Of a DNA stretch of 64,000 nucleotides, positions 27,276-40,669 are shown piece by piece (position 1 is the first letter of the stretch; the number at the start of each line of letters is the position of its first letter). Origin of the DNA: Eledone cirrhosa (lineage: Eukaryota); contig OZ024749.1 in assembly GCA_964016885.1 (NCBI GenBank), forward strand, positions 30,070,001 to 30,134,000, written 5' to 3'. The notes below the pieces were generated by a model that was given only the letters and a program-made list of their open reading frames with translations, was not told the DNA's origin and did no database searches. Made by a program: the position numbers and the translations under genes.

Positions 27276-27769
27276 ACTTTTCCAGTTATTCACCTCATCT
27301 TGTTATAGACGGGATTTCCAATGGCTTTGATGATGAGTGTTCCACTTGTTAGATTGGCAGAACAGCCTGCTCATTAGAATTAATACTTAAGTGGCTAAGC
27401 ATTCCCCCAAAACATACACCCTTAACGTATTTCTCAGAGAGATCCAGTATGATACATTTTGTAAAAAGACTAGTCCTTTAAATTATAGCTACATTCCTTC
27501 TAATGGGCTTCCAAATAAACAGTTTCCATCTCTCCAATTTTGCGCACATGGATCAACCCTAGACTATGGTCAATGACACTTCTATATGATGTCACTCAGC
27601 GGGGTTGACTGATTGTAAAGCAACTCACTTCCTCATTCAGTCATGCTGTGTCTAGATTGTTATACAGCATGAATAGCAATCACACAATAGATGTGTTTAT
27701 ACAGAAAACAATCAATATCCAATAGCGTAATATATATATATTATGATTTTATCGATCTACTTGAAACTT

Positions 27770-29020
27770 TGAACTTAGCTCACATAACCCCAAGTACTAA
27801 CATTACACATGCCTATTATGCCAACGGGGGATGTTTTAAGTCACTAAATGTAGTTTCATAAGAAGCTACCACATTTCACATTTGAAGAGTAAGAAAGTAG
27901 ATATTCTTAAGACTTTTAAACTTAGCTTACAGACCCCCCAAAACTAACACTGCAGACACTCAAGGGACCTAGTATGGTAACATGGGAGGTTTTAAGTCAC
28001 TAAATGTAGTTTCATAAGATGCTACCACATTTCACATTTGAAGAGTAAGAAAGTAGATATTCTTAAGTCTTTTAAACTTAGCTCACAGACCCCCCAAAAC
28101 TAACACTGCAGACACTCAAGGGACCTAGTATGGTAACATGGGAGGTTTTAAGTCACTAAATGTAGTTTCATAAGAAGCTACTACATTTCACATTTGAAGG
28201 GTAACAAAGTAGATATTCTTAGGTCTTTTAAACTTAGTTCACAGCCCCCCCCCCAAAAAAAAACTAACACTGCAGACACTCAAGGGACCTAGTATGGTAA
28301 CATGGGAGGTTTTAAGTCACTAAATGTAGTTTCATAAGAAGCTACCACATTTCACATTTGAAGGGTAACAAAGTAGATATTCTTAGGTCTTTTAAACTTA
28401 GCTCACGCCCCCCCCCCAAATTGCAGATACTCAAGAGCCCTTTTATGCTAACATAGGATGTTTTAAGTCACTAAATGTAGTTTCATAAGAAGCTACCACA
28501 TTTCACATTTGAAGGGTAATAAAGTAGATATTCTTAGGTCTTTTAAACTTACCACACAGCCCCCCCCCCCCCCCAAAAAAAAATTGCAGATACTCAAGAG
28601 CCCTTTTATGCTAATATGGGATGTTTTAAGTCACTATATGTAGTTTCATAAGAAGCTACCACATGTCACATTTGAAGGGGTAGCAAAGTAAATATCTTAG
28701 ATGTTTTAAACTTAGCAAACAGACCCCCAAAAACTAACACTGCAGATACTCAAGGGACCTAGTATGCTAATGTATGGGCGGGGGAGCCTTCAAGCCACTA
28801 AATGTAATTTCATATGAATCTGTCACAGTACACATTCGAAGATACATAGAAAAGTAGATATTATTGGTTCTTCTTCACTTAGCTCACACACCCCCTCAGT
28901 ACTAACTTTATGGACACTCTAGCACTCAAGTCTGATAATGTGGATGGTTTGAAGCAACTAGATATAATTTCATATGAAACTATCACAGTACATATTAGAA
29001 GTTACATAGCAAAGTAGATA
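27770..29020. repeat. Tandem repeat of about 156-164 bp, about 8 copies
   Basis: ttttaagtcactaaatgtagtttcataagaagctaccacatttcacatttgaag recurs at 27834, 27990, 28146, 28310, 28461 and 28624, then decays. Length varies in a poly-C/poly-A tract. Confidence 0.93.
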
Positions 29021-29664
29021 TACTTGGTTTTAGAATATCGTAAGAGATTCAGAAAGAAAAGAAAAGTGAAATTTATTGTGGATAATACTGTCGAAATTGA
29101 TATGAAGGAAAATGATTTAGTTGACAAATGTATGTATAAAAGTATTCAATAAAATGTCTTGTCTGCACTCACCAACATCTTTTGCTATTGTTTTTATTGT
29201 TTTACTGTTGTTTTGGGGTATTTTTGTTTGCTTTTTTGTTGTATTTTTTCTTGCTGTTTTGGGGTGGTTTGCGTTGTTGTCTGTTTGTTGTTGCTTTCCT
29301 TCACAATCTGTCTACTGGGTGGGAATAACAAGATATTGTATATTTTCTATCTGTCTCAATCCAAAATGGAGTTGACCGAGCAGATAACATTGCCATAACT
29401 TAGTATACAACACGTTCTCTCATCTAACAACTACAACAACAGTAAGAACCACATCGTCGAAAACAACAACAGCGACAACAACAGCAGCAGCAGTGGCAAC
29501 ATACTCACACTAATCAAATATATAAATAAATATTTATGAAATAAATATATATATATATAACACAAAATATAACTATATATATTTATAAAATAAAATATAA
29601 ATACATATGTAAGACAAAATAACTAACTAAATAAATATATATGTATATATATATGTGTGTGTGA

Positions 29665-29717
<53 letters not shown>

Positions 29718-29773
29718 CGTATATATATGTGTGTGTATATATATGTGTGTGTATATATATATATGTGTGTATA

Positions 29774-29804
<31 letters not shown>

Positions 29805-29925
29805 GTGTGTTTATATATATTGGGTCAAGTATGAAATTTGTAGACATTTGTTTTTTTTCTACAAACTTCTACAAATTTCATACTTGACGACCCAATATAC
29901 ACCCCCGCCCATATATATATGTGTG

Positions 29926-29956
<31 letters not shown>

Positions 29957-30024
29957 GTCTGCTGGGCACACAAGCAATAGGACATGTGTTTTTTCCTTCC
30001 AGCGACATATCAAACATATCGGTT

Positions 30025-30113
30025 ATCATCTGAGGATACCGTTCTCATAGCAACAACAAATGCATGAAGGGCATCTCGATTGCATGGAAGACCGTGGAAA
30101 TAATTATAATGAT
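30025..30113 (+). ncRNA. Minimal type I hammerhead with a long stem II
   Basis: atcat-CTGAGGA-taccgttctcatagcaa...ttgcatggaagaccgtg-GAAA-TAATTA-TA-atgat; palindromic stem III. Confidence 0.7.
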
Positions 30114-30611
30114 TAAACGATATATGTATAACCTCAGCATCTTATTTTGTTATTTTTATATTTGTGTATATATATATATAAATATAAACTATATATAAAA
30201 CAATATACAAATGGAAGTACAGCATAATCGAAGCCCTGGCTGCAGCTAAGCTAACGAATGCAATCGGAATGTGCAGCTAAGCACTCAATAAGGTATTTTA
30301 CCTTAGAGTAATAACATTACGTTTAGACAGCTTTGCAAATTGAAGATTGCGAAATGGTAAGCCAGCCGCAGGGACAAAAGCAACGAGAAAACTGACTCAG
30401 GATAATATATATAAAAATATAAACTATATAAAAAACAATATAAATATATATATGTAACAAAATGTAGTGTATCTTTCCTGGTGAACAAACGTATTGTAAA
30501 CTGTCAAATACTATAACATATAAGCGACAAACAATAGCAGGAATAAGTTAGGATAGCGATTCAAGACGCCATTTTGTATCTATTCAGTATAGCAACTAAC
30601 TTTATGTGAAT

Positions 30612-31585
30612 ATAATAATTGTTTCTACGTTAGGCACAAGGCCAGAAATTACCCAGTGCATTACTGGTACTTTATTTTATCGGCCCCGTAAGGATGAAAG
30701 GCAAAGTTAACCTCGGCGGGATTTGAACTCAGAATGGCAAGGGCCGTAACTCTATACGTCAAAGCATGCCGTCCGACCCTCTCCCAATACTGCCAATCCA
30801 CCGCCCTATATGTGAATATAATAATTGTTTCTACTTTAGGCACAAGGCCAGCAATTACCCAGTACATTACTGGTACTTTATTTTATCGACCCCGTAAGGA
30901 TGAAAGGCAAAGTTAACCTCGGCGGGATTTGAACCCAGACTGTAAAGGGACGTAACTATGCTAGAAAGCATGGCGTCCAACCCTCTACCGATACTGCCAA
31001 TTCCCCGCCCTAATATGTGAATATAATAATGGTTTCTGATTTATGCACAAGGTCTACAATTACCCCAGTGCAGCATTACTGCTACTTTATTTTATCAATG
31101 CTGTAAGGATGAAAGGCAAAGTTAACCTTGGCGGGATTTGAACTCAGACCGAAAAGGGCCGTAACTCTATGCTACAAAGCATGGCGTCCAATCCTCTACC
31201 GATACCGACAATCCACCGCCCGTGATAATAATAATTGTTTCTACTTTAGGCACAAGGCCAGCAATTACCCAGTACATTACTGGTACTTTATTTTATCGAC
31301 CCCGTAAGGATGAAAGGCAAAGTTAACCTCGGCGGGATTTGAACTCAGACCATAAAGGGACGTAACTCTTTAATGTTTTCTTATTTAGGCACAAAGCCAA
31401 CAATTTTAGAGGTGGGGTGAAAGTCGATTAAATCGCTCTATTAATTGATTAGTACTTTATGTTATCGATCCCGAAAGAATGAAACGCAAAGATGACCTCG
31501 GTGGGATTTTACGTCAGAGCGCAAAGGGCCGTAACTAGATGCCGCAATCCATTTTGTTCGACACTCTAACGATTCTGTCAATCTA
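30612..31585 (-). mobile_element. Tandem array of 4-5 family A SINEs
   Basis: Units of about 205 bp start near 30612, 30817, 31022, 31226 and 31372. Confidence 0.9.
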
Positions 31586-32094
31586 ACAAATATCCCTCAA
31601 GTGCCACAAATAAAATCGAAAAGTCACACAAGGAATGTGTTTCTTTCCTATATGTGTCTTTTACAGGAACACTAGCAAAAAAAAAAAAAAAAAAATGAAG
31701 ACACAGCAGCATTCAATACACATAAAATCTAGGATAGAAAATAGCCCAACCCCTGATTTAAAACACGACCTAAACAAACTGGCAAAGATGAGAAGATATA
31801 TATTAAAAATAGAAAAAAAAAAATTATCAGAAATTGAAATAGATCTTGTCTTTAAAAATACGTATAGAATACTGATATCGCAACATAGGCAAATATACAA
31901 ATGAAAGGAAATATAAGCAGGCATATATTGGTAAAAGAAGCCTCTTCTAAATGCATTGCAACTGACAATATATCTTGAGTTCAACGGACTATAATCAACA
32001 TATAATCCACATGATAGGTGCAATGTGTTCGAACACGGAAGAGTCGAACTCCCACTGCGACCACCATCTCTCTCGCCCTCCCCATATCTCTGTA

Positions 32095-32255
32095 TTGTGA
32101 GCAAATGGGAACCCACGTGGTGGCGACCCCACAGCTCCGGTCGACAGAATGGAGAAGGCTGTTTCCCGGAGGTTGGTAATGGAGATGCGCTGGAAGAGTC
32201 ATTCCATCTCACTAGGCTCACACCTGCGGCTGGCCAGCTCAGCGCCTCACGGAAT
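32095..32255 (-). mobile_element. CRE-like non-LTR retrotransposon C-terminal remnant
   Basis: Reverse frame reads EPSEME*LFQRISITNLRETAFSILS, resembling the EPRE..WLFQRxSxAxxRGNA..IL end of CRE-clade endonuclease domains. Confidence 0.55.
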
Positions 32256-33009
32256 TAAAGGCCACAATAGACTAAATATGAAAATAATTCAAGAACTCCA
32301 AATAATAGATTTCCAAATGTATAAAAGAATACATTGAAACGACTACAAAGAATACTAAGCCATGTTCATGTTAATTCCTGAGTTGAATGTTCAGCTGAAG
32401 CAGACCTGTCAACTGTCCCCGAGCGTCGGGGAGATCTCCCACCCACTTTCGGGTGGGTGAGAGATATCTTCTCTTGTAAAAATGGATATAACTTTCATTA
32501 TGTAAAATCTCCCCATTTTGCTTCATTTCTCCTCGTTTCGGGACACTTTTTTTTATGGTACTCCCCGTTTGGGTTTTTAGAGATTGTCAGGTCTGCTGAA
32601 GAATTAACTAAATGCTCATCGTGTAAAGCGACGAAGAATCCATTATGTTCTATGACAATGTCAATTGATTATAGCCGTTATCTTGTAAGCAATCACTAAT
32701 ATTAATATTACAACTAGCAACAGATGTTACTGAAGTATAACAACTGAATAGTGAATATACCCTTGAATTGGTTGTTCTCGGCTCTTTAAGGAATTTTACT
32801 TTTAAATTAACGTAATACCGCTCTGAAACAATTCGTTATAATTTAGTTCTGAAGCAGGAAGCACAAGAAATCAGATTACACAAACACCGCCTGAACTTTC
32901 TCGCAGAATAATCAAATTTGTCGATCCGATGTTTGTACAGTTGCGTGTTAGAGAAACATAAACAGTTAATAAATATTAGATGTCGACAGAAAGAGTTGTT
33001 TCTAAATTA

Positions 33010-33830
33010 ATAATGGTTTCTTACATAGGCTCAAGGCCAGCAATTTTGTGGGAGGGGAAAGTCGATTAAATCGATCCCAGTGTGTAACTGGTACTTTATT
33101 CTATCGACCCCGTAAGGATGAAATTTGTCGATCCGATGTTTGTACAGTTACGTATTAGAGAAACATAAGCAGTTAACCTCAGAGGGATTTGAACTATACT
33201 GCAAAGTATCGTGTCCGACCCTCTACCGATACTAACAATCCACCACCCTTGTTTCTAAATTAATAATGGTTTCTAATTTAGGCACAAGGCCAGCAAATAC
33301 CCAGTGCATTACTGGTTCTTTATTTTATCGACCCCGTAAGGATAAAAGGCAAAGTCAACCTCGGCGGGATTTGAACTCAGATCGTAAAGGGACGTAACTA
33401 TGCTGTAAAGCATGGCGTCCGACCCTCCACCGATACTGCCAATCCACCGCCCCTTCTAAATTAATAATGGTTTCTAATTTAGGCAGAAATCCAACAATTC
33501 GTTTTGGTTAGGGAAGGGGAAAATCTATTATATAAACCCCAGTATTTTTCTGGTAAATTATTTTATCGACCTCGAAGTAGTAAAAGCAGAGTTAACATCG
33601 ACGGGATTTCAACTCAGATGATCATGGTTTCTAATTTAGGCACTGGACCAACAATTTTTCTCTTTTTAAGTCAATTAAATCGACTCCAGTAATTGACTGG
33701 TACTTTATTTTGTCAACTCCGGAAAGGAGAAAGGCAAAGTTGACCTCGGTGAAATCTGAACTCAGAACGTAAAAGTCCCTAAACAATACCACGAGGCATT
33801 TGTTTGACGGGTTAACGACTCTGAAAATAT
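33010..33830 (-). mobile_element. Cluster of family A SINEs of different ages
   Basis: Repeated tails (taataatggtttct), central domains and B boxes on the reverse strand. Confidence 0.82.
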
Positions 33831-33880
33831 CGTTATTGACTTGTTTCATGTATATATATATATGTGTGTTTGAATACGAT

Positions 33881-34455
33881 GTATAAAGCATATGAAGAAA
33901 CAATTCTAATCCTGTAGGAGTCATTTCTATATATATATAAATATGTATAAGCAGACGAATGAAACAGTTCTAATCCTGTAGGAGTCATTTCTATATATGT
34001 ATATAAATATGTATAAGCATATGAAGAAACAGTGTTAATCCTGTAGGAGTCATTTCTATATATGTATATAACTATGTATAAAGCAGACGAATGAAACAGT
34101 TCTAATCCTGTAGGAGTCATTTCTATATATGTATATAAATATGTATAAGCAGACGAATGAAACAGTTCTAATCCTGTAGGAGTCATTTCTATATATGTAT
34201 ATAAATATGTACAAGCAGACGAATGAAACAGTTCTAATCCTGTAGGAGCCATTTCTATATATGTATATAAATATGTATAAGCAGACAAATGAAACAGTTC
34301 TAATCCTGTAGGAATCATTTCTATATATGTATATAAATATGTATAAGCAGACAAATGAAACAGTTCTAATCCTGTAGGAATCATTTCTATATATGTATAT
34401 AAATATGTATAAGCAGACGAATGAAACAGTTCTAATCCTGTAGGAGTCATTTTTA
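33881..34455 (+). repeat. 66-bp minisatellite, about 9 copies, containing the 3' half of a hammerhead
   Basis: Unit gtataagcagacgaatgaaacagttctaatcctgtaggagtcatttctatatatgtatataaatat; matches 12392-12420. Followed by a tail homologous to 12450-12500. Confidence 0.93.
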
Positions 34456-35069
34456 TATATACAATATAATAAAGATGCCTGTAATCTACCAACATATTGA
34501 GTACCTTTTTTGACTGTGGTTAACCTCGAAACAACTAGGGAATCTACATACCGTATGTACATACAGAGAGACAGACAGATACACACAGTTCACAAGATAG
34601 AATATGATGCAAATTTAGATGTTTTTAACTTACAGGAGAAGTGAGAAAAATGGAAAAACAGAGAGAGAGAGAGAGTGTGGGGAGGTGGTGAGAAGTTACT
34701 TATTCTATACCAGTTAAAAGGTTAGGAGGAATCAGTTCACTCGTTTGAAGGTTAAATCAACTGGTGTGATATTTTAATGCCTGCAATATTTACTTAAGTT
34801 ATTTATTTATCTATCTATTTGTTTGTTTAGATAGAGTTGTTATTTCTACCGAACTACAGCCACAAACACAGACACACACACACACACACACACATACATA
34901 CACATACACGGACACATACATACGCTTATATAACTTCCAGGTACCTACCTGTTTTATCCCTATCCGAACTCTCCATTTCCCGACGAAGGACTTCCGTGCG
35001 AAGTGTCAAACCCTCCCCCACTTCATTCTAAGTGTGATCCTTGTGATCCAAATAAGACTTCAAACCAAT

Positions 35070-35890
35070 GCTTGAGCGTCAGAGACCATGTTCTGCAGCA
35101 TAGAGTTATGGCCCTTTACCTTCTGAGTTCAAATCCCACCGAGGTTAGCTTTGCCTTTCATCCTTACGGGATCGATAAAATAAAGTACCAGTCATCCACT
35201 GGGGTAGATTTAATCGACTTTCCGCTTCCCCAAAATTGCTGGCCTTGTACCTATATAAGAAACCATATTGGCGGTAACGGTAGAGGGCTGGACGCCATGC
35301 TCTCTAGCATAGTTACGCCCCTTTACGATCTGAGTTCAAATCCCGTCGAGGTTAACTTTGCCTTTCATCCTTATGGGGTCGATAAAATGAAGTACCAGTA
35401 ATGTACTGAGTAATTGCTGGCCTTGTGCCAAAAGTAGAAACTACTATTAAAGGGCAGTAAAGGACCGTAACTCTACGCTGAAAATCATGATGTCCGAAGC
35501 TCTACAGATTACTGGAGGAAGAATACTTATATTTTATAACTAGTATGTAATTAAATAGGTTTTTAACTGATCGCAAGACTAAAGAAGCAGAGTCAAGTAA
35601 GAAACCGTAAATTCTAATCTAGGGAGCAAAACATGTTACAATTTTAACGACTACATCTGTACTTGTTGTACTCTCATTGCCAGATTGCCAGAGACAGTAT
35701 ATATTATATTGACAGTATCGATAGAGGGTCGGACGCCATGCTTTGACGCATAGAGTTACGGCCCTTGCCATTCTGAGTTCAAATCCCATCGAGGTTAAAT
35801 TTGCCTTTCATCCTTACGGGGTCGATAAAATAAAGTACCAGTAATGCACTGGTTAAGTGCTGGCCTTGTGCCAAAAGTAGAAACAATTAT
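35070..35890 (+). mobile_element. Three family A SINEs (tandem pair 35070-35450 and solo 35710-35890)
   Basis: B boxes gagttcaaatcc at about 35125, 35332 and 35775, each with central domain and tail. Confidence 0.86.
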
Positions 35891-36107
35891 TTCAAGTAAT
35901 CACACAGCAGTCACGTACAGTCGTAGGACAACATAAGCTTTTAGAAAAGATGAGTCCGCCTCAACAAATTTCCGAAAAGAATATATTTATTAAATCAACA
36001 AAGAAAAATAGAAATGTATAATTGAAGACAAACATGTATGTATACAGTGAGTATAAAAAGTTTAAGAAGCCACTGGAGTGGAAAGACAGGATATATATAT
36101 ATATATA

Positions 36108-36342
36108 TATATTTATTAAAAAAACAGATTAAAGTTTAAGCAAAGAATCGCTGCTTTTACCCTTAACGGGATCTTCTGAGTTTCAGAAGATCCCGTTAAG
36201 GGTGAAAGCAGCGATTCTTTGCTTAAACTTTAATCTGTTATTTTAATAAATATTTGCTCTACGGTTCTTATATATTTGATATATATTTATCCTTATCGAG
36301 TTCTCTTTGGATTTTAGTCTTCATATTTATTATTATTACTAT

Positions 36343-36345
<3 letters not shown>
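36108..36345. mobile_element. Short palindrome (centre near 36181) with a tail; HHR-like family with a CAGAAGA core
   Basis: Centre is gggatcttctga-gtt-tcagaagatccc. Plus arm: agttt-CAGAAGA-tccc(gttaa)gggt-GAAA-gca..tgc-TT-aaact at 36179-36229. Confidence 0.82.
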
Positions 36346-36379
<34 letters not shown>

Positions 36380-36559
36380 GATCTTATGTACATATACATA
36401 CGCACACACACACACACAAGTGTATGTGCGTGCATATATATATATATACACACACAACACATATATATATATATATATGTATATATGTATATACATTTAT
36501 AAACAAAAATACTCACACATACACACACATACCTTATATATGTATGTACACATAAATAC

Positions 36560-36618
<59 letters not shown>

Positions 36619-36755
36619 CATATGCGTATATGCGTGTATGTATGCATGTATTTTTATATATATATATATATATATATTGTTATACTCAGAAACGAAATAT
36701 ATATATAAATGAAAGGTATAGAAATTGTTTTAGCGAGAAGCTAATAGTATTCAAT

Positions 36756-36812
<57 letters not shown>

Positions 36813-37746
36813 GTATATATGCGTATGTGTGTGTATGTTTGTGGGGGTGTGTGTGTGTATATTTTTACGGTGAATAAGGCAGGGCAAACACACTGGATTG
36901 TTTATAAATAACGAAAGAAAATTTATATCAACATCTGGAATCTTCTAAAGAGAATGTTGTGCATGAATTGAATAAACTAAAACAATACTAGTCAGACTGT
37001 TAGAATAACAGAGTGTAAGATTATACTATCATGGTCTCGATACAATAGATTATTTTTTTAATGGTTGCAGTTATTGAATGCCGGCCATGCTGAGGCAAGC
37101 TGAAATAATTCAGTCGCTCATGCCTACTCCACCAACATAATCCAATGCAAACCAACCCAGGGCCTTCCTCCTCTTGTTGGATGAAGCCCTCCCTGGTTCG
37201 GGACCTCCACCAGTTTCTGTTTGATTTTGGTTACATCAGGGGTATAACCGTACTCACCAATATTTGTTGGTTGATGAGTCTATTTAAACCATAGTTGGGG
37301 TGGATATCTGTTAAATTTGAGGAGTTTATTTGCCCTTTTAAAACAGCCCTTCTATTTTGTGTTGCTGAGGTTCCACTTACCCTCCTCCGCCAGACCCTCG
37401 TTCAGTGGCGGAGCTGGTTTAATCACCGACCACTCGACCACAAAGCAGGTTTTACTGGGTTACATAATACCACTAGCAGGCAGAAGCCTGATCTCACTAA
37501 TAATACTAATGATAACAGCAATAAAATTGTTTACTTTATTAACCACAAGGGTTGACATAAAGTATAACATTAAGGACAGCACAGGACGGTACAGGACAGT
37601 ACAAATGGGCATTTCTGGAACAAAGGAAAAAAAAAAAGGAAAATTCCCCAATAGGGGGGAGACTTCCGAGGGACACTCGTGGAGAAAGCCCATTAAAAAA
37701 TTCACGGTGACCCTGATCAATAAAAATAACATGGTGTACAACTTAC

Positions 37747-38040
37747 CTTAACTGGTACACAAATAAGAACAAGCAACAGGTCAGCACAGGCGAGGCTCAG
37801 TAAGAAGATATTTGTAATGCTCCGCATACCTTTGTGTTTTACGATACAAAATATGACCAAGAAGTTGCCCACACATCCTAGCAAGAGTGTGCAGAGGTAG
37901 ACTGTACCAACTGGATAGACATCAGCTGGAATATCGTAGGTATGGGTGACGTTTGGACCGTCTTCGTAAATACAATTAATGTAATCCTGAAGTTGAGTCT
38001 CGGGGTCGAAGTACTCAACGCATTCCGTATCATCAATCAT
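37747..38040 (-). CDS. Class A (rhodopsin-like) neuropeptide GPCR, coding exon 1 (N-terminus, TM1, TM2)
   Basis: Translates MIDDTEC...GTVYLCTLLLGCVGNFLVIFCIVKHKGMRSITNIFLLSLACADLLLVLICVPVK, with the TM1 GN and TM2 LAxAD motifs. Ends at AAG|GTAAGT donor; 294 nt, phase 0. Confidence 0.93.
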
Positions 38041-38161
38041 ACCTGGACGATGGTCAGCTGTCTGTGGTCAAATGACGTGTTTGTTTCAGATAGTATGACT
38101 GGTATCTGTTGATATATATATATATATATATACATACATATGAATACATGTGTATAATTTG

Positions 38162-38241
<80 letters not shown>

Positions 38242-38325
38242 GAGAGAGAATCAGAGAGAGAAACGTGATTAGTAATGTATTTATATTCGTATGTGCATAT
38301 ATAGTACATACATAGATTAGTAATG

Positions 38326-39310
<985 letters not shown>

Positions 39311-39352
39311 GTGTGTGTGTGGCTAAGGGGAGTTAATGCATGCGGGGAGGTA

Positions 39353-39392
<40 letters not shown>

Positions 39393-39424
39393 TACACGGG
39401 TGTGTATGATTGTGTATAGAAGAT

Positions 39425-39800
39425 TATATTAATAAAAGGAATTCCAACTTTGACTGATTTACTCGTTTTATTTACTATCCTTTAAAATGTATAATGGTAT
39501 TAGAATGAAATAGTATGATAGAATATTAAATGTTAAGTGTTTTCATGCTTTCGCAATCTTCAGATTCATAATGTGTGGTGACAGTGAAGTTTGCAATTTT
39601 CCACAGTTGATAATTGCAAACTTGACTGTCGCCACAGAATATGAACCTGAAGATTACGAAAGCATGAAAGTATTTGTTCAATTAACACTTAACATTTAAT
39701 ATTCTACCATACTATTTCATTCTAATACCATTATACATTTTAAAGGATTGTAAATAAAACGAGTAAATCAGACAAAGTTTGAATTCCTTTTATTAATATA
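39425..39800. mobile_element. Older palindrome (arms about 175 bp, centre near 39605) with a minimal HHR
   Basis: Plus arm 39642-39680: tgaac-CTGAAGA-ttac(gaaa)gcat-GAAA-GTAT-TT-gttca. The left arm has ttgc, which restores a GAAA-tetraloop stem II. Confidence 0.78.
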
Positions 39801-40016
39801 TATATACATATATACATATATACATACATATACATATAATGTGCGAGAGAGGGAGAGAGATAGCAATATACTTATATTAGTATTGTACATAAATTGGTAA
39901 TGTTCATATATATATAGAGAGAGAGAGAGAACGAGAGAGAGAACACCAAAGTAACAACACTCACTACTTAGCCATAATTAAACGAGTATTTAAACTTTAC
40001 TTCGGTATTGAGTACT

Positions 40017-40076
<60 letters not shown>

Positions 40077-40081
<5 letters not shown>

Positions 40082-40221
40082 GTTTCTACTTTAGGCACAA
40101 GGCCAGCAATTACCCAGTGCATTACTGGTACTTTATTTTATCGACCCCGTAAGGATGAAAGGCAAAGTCAACCTCGGCGGGATTTGAACTCAGATCGTAA
40201 AGGGACGTAACTCTATGCTGG

Positions 40222-40274
<53 letters not shown>

Positions 40275-40497
40275 CTATTTTATAGCATCTCCGCGCATGA
40301 CCACATCATTCATTATGTGGATTGGCAGTATCGGTAGAGGGTCGGACGCCATGCTTTCCAGCATAGAGTTACATCCCTTTACGATCTGAGTTCAAATCCC
40401 GCCGAGGTTGACTTTGCCTTTCATCCTTACGGGGTCGATAAAATAAAGTACCAGTAATGCACTGGGTAATTGCTGGCCTTGTGCCTAAAGTAGAAAC

Positions 40498-40502
<5 letters not shown>
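40077..40502. mobile_element. Inverted pair of young family A SINEs: 40077-40223(-) and 40318-40502(+)
   Basis: Near-identical reverse complements about 95 bp apart, embedded in TA runs. Confidence 0.9.
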
Positions 40503-40538
<36 letters not shown>

Positions 40539-40669
40539 GATAAATCTACCAAGAGTTTACGGTAGTGTCCAATCCGTATGAAGAACTCAATGTATTCCGG
40601 ATATCATGGAAAGAAGAGATGTAATGAAAATCCAATTTCAGTGAAAGATAAACGGTATACAGAGTCAAG

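Noticed and set aside
33833-34586. 220-aa and 176-aa repeat ORFs
   Set aside because: Products of the 66-bp minisatellite.
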